NCBI GenBank assembly: GCA_963701295.1
Contig: OY969585.1
Span: 352,001-416,000 of the forward strand
Length of the DNA stretch: 64,000 bases
Direction of reading: 5' to 3'
Origin: Ignavibacteriota bacterium
GTDB taxonomy: Bacteria; Bacteroidota; Ignavibacteria; UBA10030
In this document: positions 61,929 through 64,000 of the stretch, one piece after another
Numbering within the stretch: position 1 is the first letter of the stretch
How the letters are laid out: every line of letters begins with the position of its first letter
Notes under the pieces: generated by a model
Told to the model about the DNA's origin: nothing
Databases searched by the model: none
Seen by the model: only the letters and a program-made list of their open reading frames with translations
Made by a program: the position numbers and the translations under genes

Positions 61929-64000
61929 TCATCCTTTTTTTGGATGAATGACATCCGGTCTCACTTTCGTCACAAATTCAATCATTCCACGATGATCTGT
62001 GCCGATTTCTATTGTTTCTCCATCGCTGATCTCTCCGGAAAGTATTTTCTCTGACAGAGTATTAATGACATATTTTTGGATAACCCTCTTAAGTGGACGC
62101 GCACCATAACTGGGATCATATCCAATTATTGCCAACCGAGATTTTGCTTCCTCCGTGAATGTGAGCGTGATGTTTTTTTCTGCCAACATTTTCTGCACCT
62201 GCCGCAGTTGTAATTCTACAATCTGCGCTAACTCCGACATAGTCAGAGGTTTGAAAACGATGATCTCATCGATGCGGTTAAGGAATTCCGGTCGGATGGA
62301 TTGTTTTAACATCTCAAATAATTTCACGCGCAGCTCACCCATCAATTCATCGCGATTTTCTTCCGTTAGCATTTCCATCTTCTCATGAATCAGATGCGAC
62401 CCAAGATTCGATGTCATAATAACGATGGTGTTTTTAAAGTTCACCGTTCGTCCTTTACTGTCCGTGAGCCTGCCTTCATCGAGCAATTGCAGAAGAATAT
62501 TGAATACTTCCGGATGCACTTTCTCAATTTCATCCAGCAGCACTATGGAATATGGTTTCCTTCGAACTGCTTCAGTGAGTTGTCCGCCTTCTTCATACCC
62601 GACGTAACCCGGCGGCGCTCCAATAAGACGTGATACCGAAAATTTTTCCATGTACTCGCTCATATCGATACGGACAACTGCATTTTCATCGTTGAACAAG
62701 AACTCAGCAAGTGCTTTTGCAAGCTCTGTTTTTCCAACACCGGTACTGCCAAGAAAAATAAATGAACCGATTGGTTTCCGTTCATCCTGTAATCCGGCAC
62801 GACTGCGGCGAATTGCATCGGCAACGGCTTTTACTGCATCTTCCTGATCAACAAGTCGTTTGTGAATTCTGTCTTCAAGATGCAACAGCTTTGCACGCTC
62901 ACTTTCAAGCATTCGCTGAACAGGAATGCCGGTCCACTTCGCCACTATTTCCGCAATATCCTCCGCGTCAACTTCCTCTTTAAGCATTTTCTGATCTTTC
63001 TGAACTTCGACTAGCTTCTTAGATGCTTCTTTCAATTTCTTTTCCAATCCGACGATCACTCCATAACGAAGTTCTGCTACGCGCTCAAGTTCACCTTGCC
63101 GTTCTTTCTGATCCGATTCGTTTTTTGCGTTCTCAATTTCTTCTTTCATTTTACGGATGGATTGGATTAAATCTTTTTCAACCTGCCAGTGAGCTTTCAA
63201 ACCGGAACGTGTTTGGTTTAACTCGGCAAGCTCCCGCTCGATTTCTCCCAAACGCGATTTGGATTCATCATCTTTTTCCCGTTTCACTGCTTCACGCTCG
63301 ATCTCAAGCTGCTTAATGCGCCGTTCTATGTCATCTAATTCTTCCGGCATCGAGTCGATCTCAATCCGAAGTTTTGACGCCGCTTCATCGACCAAATCGA
63401 TTGCTTTATCCGGCAGAAAGCGGTCTGAGATATAACGATGACTCAACTGCGCCGCTGCAACAATCGCTCCGTCGGTAATGCGGACACCATGATGAACTTC
63501 ATATCGTTCCTTCAGACCGCGTAAAATGGAAATCGTGTCTTCCACGCTTGGCTCATCCACCATGACTGGTTGAAATCGCCGTTCTAATGCCGGATCTTTC
63601 TCGACATATTTCCGATACTCGTCTATAGTGGTTGCGCCGATAGCACGCAAATCGCCTCGTGCTAATGCAGGCTTCAGCATATTCGCCGCATCGACGGAAC
63701 CTTGTGCTGAACCAGCACCGACAAGTGTATGGAGTTCATCGATGAACAAAATGATCTCACCGTTGGATTCGGTGACTTCTTTCAAAACTGCTTTGAGCCG
63801 TTCTTCAAACTGCCCGCGGAAACTTGTTCCCGCAACAAGTGTGCCCATATCGAGAGCAACGATGCGTTTCGTTTTCAAACTTTCCGGTACATCACCTGAG
63901 ACAATACGATGCGCGATTCCCTCAGCGATGGCTGTTTTGCCAACTCCAGGATCACCGATAAGCACAGGATTATTTTTCGTTCTGCGCGAGAGCACTTGTA
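61929..64000 (-). CDS. clpB: ATP-dependent chaperone ClpB (5' end outside the window)
   Basis: [15 protein letters not shown], long coiled-coil middle domain, [25 protein letters not shown]. Confidence 0.97.
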   Translation of the reverse strand, partial: QVLSRRTKNNPVLIGDPGVGKTAIAEGIAHRIVSGDVPESLKTKRIVALDMGTLVAGTSFRGQFEERLKAVLKEVTESNGEIILFIDELHTLVGAGSAQGSVDAANMLKPALARGDLRAIGATTIDEYRKYVEKDPALERRFQPVMVDEPSVEDTISILRGLKERYEVHHGVRITDGAIVAAAQLSHRYISDRFLPDKAIDLVDEAASKLRIEIDSMPEELDDIERRIKQLEIEREAVKREKDDESKSRLGEIERELAELNQTRSGLKAHWQVEKDLIQSIRKMKEEIENAKNESDQKERQGELERVAELRYGVIVGLEKKLKEASKKLVEVQKDQKMLKEEVDAEDIAEIVAKWTGIPVQRMLESERAKLLHLEDRIHKRLVDQEDAVKAVADAIRRSRAGLQDERKPIGSFIFLGSTGVGKTELAKALAEFLFNDENAVVRIDMSEYMEKFSVSRLIGAPPGYVGYEEGGQLTEAVRRKPYSIVLLDEIEKVHPEVFNILLQLLDEGRLTDSKGRTVNFKNTIVIMTSNLGSHLIHEKMEMLTEENRDELMGELRVKLFEMLKQSIRPEFLNRIDEIIVFKPLTMSELAQIVELQLRQVQKMLAEKNITLTFTEEAKSRLAIIGYDPSYGARPLKRVIQKYVINTLSEKILSGEISDGETIEIGTDHRGMIEFVTKVRPDVIHPKKG

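Overview
Mostly core-genome DNA from a bacterium of the Bacteroidota/Chlorobi/Ignavibacteria group. This placement is inferred from the short Bacteroidota-type RpoD, a RuvC with a WxDFI tail and an RNase P RNA without P18. Recognisable genes: hrcA-grpE-dnaJ-comEA with a CIRCE operator, carA, an ECF sigma operon, class II RNR nrdJ, two SPOR lipoproteins, deoC, fmt/def, NlpC/P60, rpoD, manC-PMM, PTS IIA, hisS, lgt, rlmB, two sigma54 activators, meaB, purD, guaB, nif3/zinc-ribbon/rnhA/rnpB/recJ/yebC/ruvCAB, mpg, uvrA, a DUF58 gene and the 3' part of clpB. No CRISPR array, tRNA, rRNA, transposase or prophage was seen, and no obvious new multi-gene system stands out. The best leads are non-coding or small: (1) a ~490-nt RNase P RNA with a 41-nt two-hairpin insertion after P14; (2) a promoter-leader-terminator unit directly in front of the nif3-rnhA-rnpB-recJ-ruv gene run; (3) a 64-aa Cys4 protein resembling ribosomal bL38/DUF4295; (4) a PelD-like GAF-GAF-degenerate-GGDEF protein; (5) a TonB_C-parvulin fusion lipoprotein. 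Smaller signals are an internally deleted deoB remnant with a deoC whose terminal Tyr is out of frame, two further frameshifted genes, short repeats lying in frame within uvrA and mpg, and several REP-like or direct repeats. All calls are by eye; no searches or folding programs were run.
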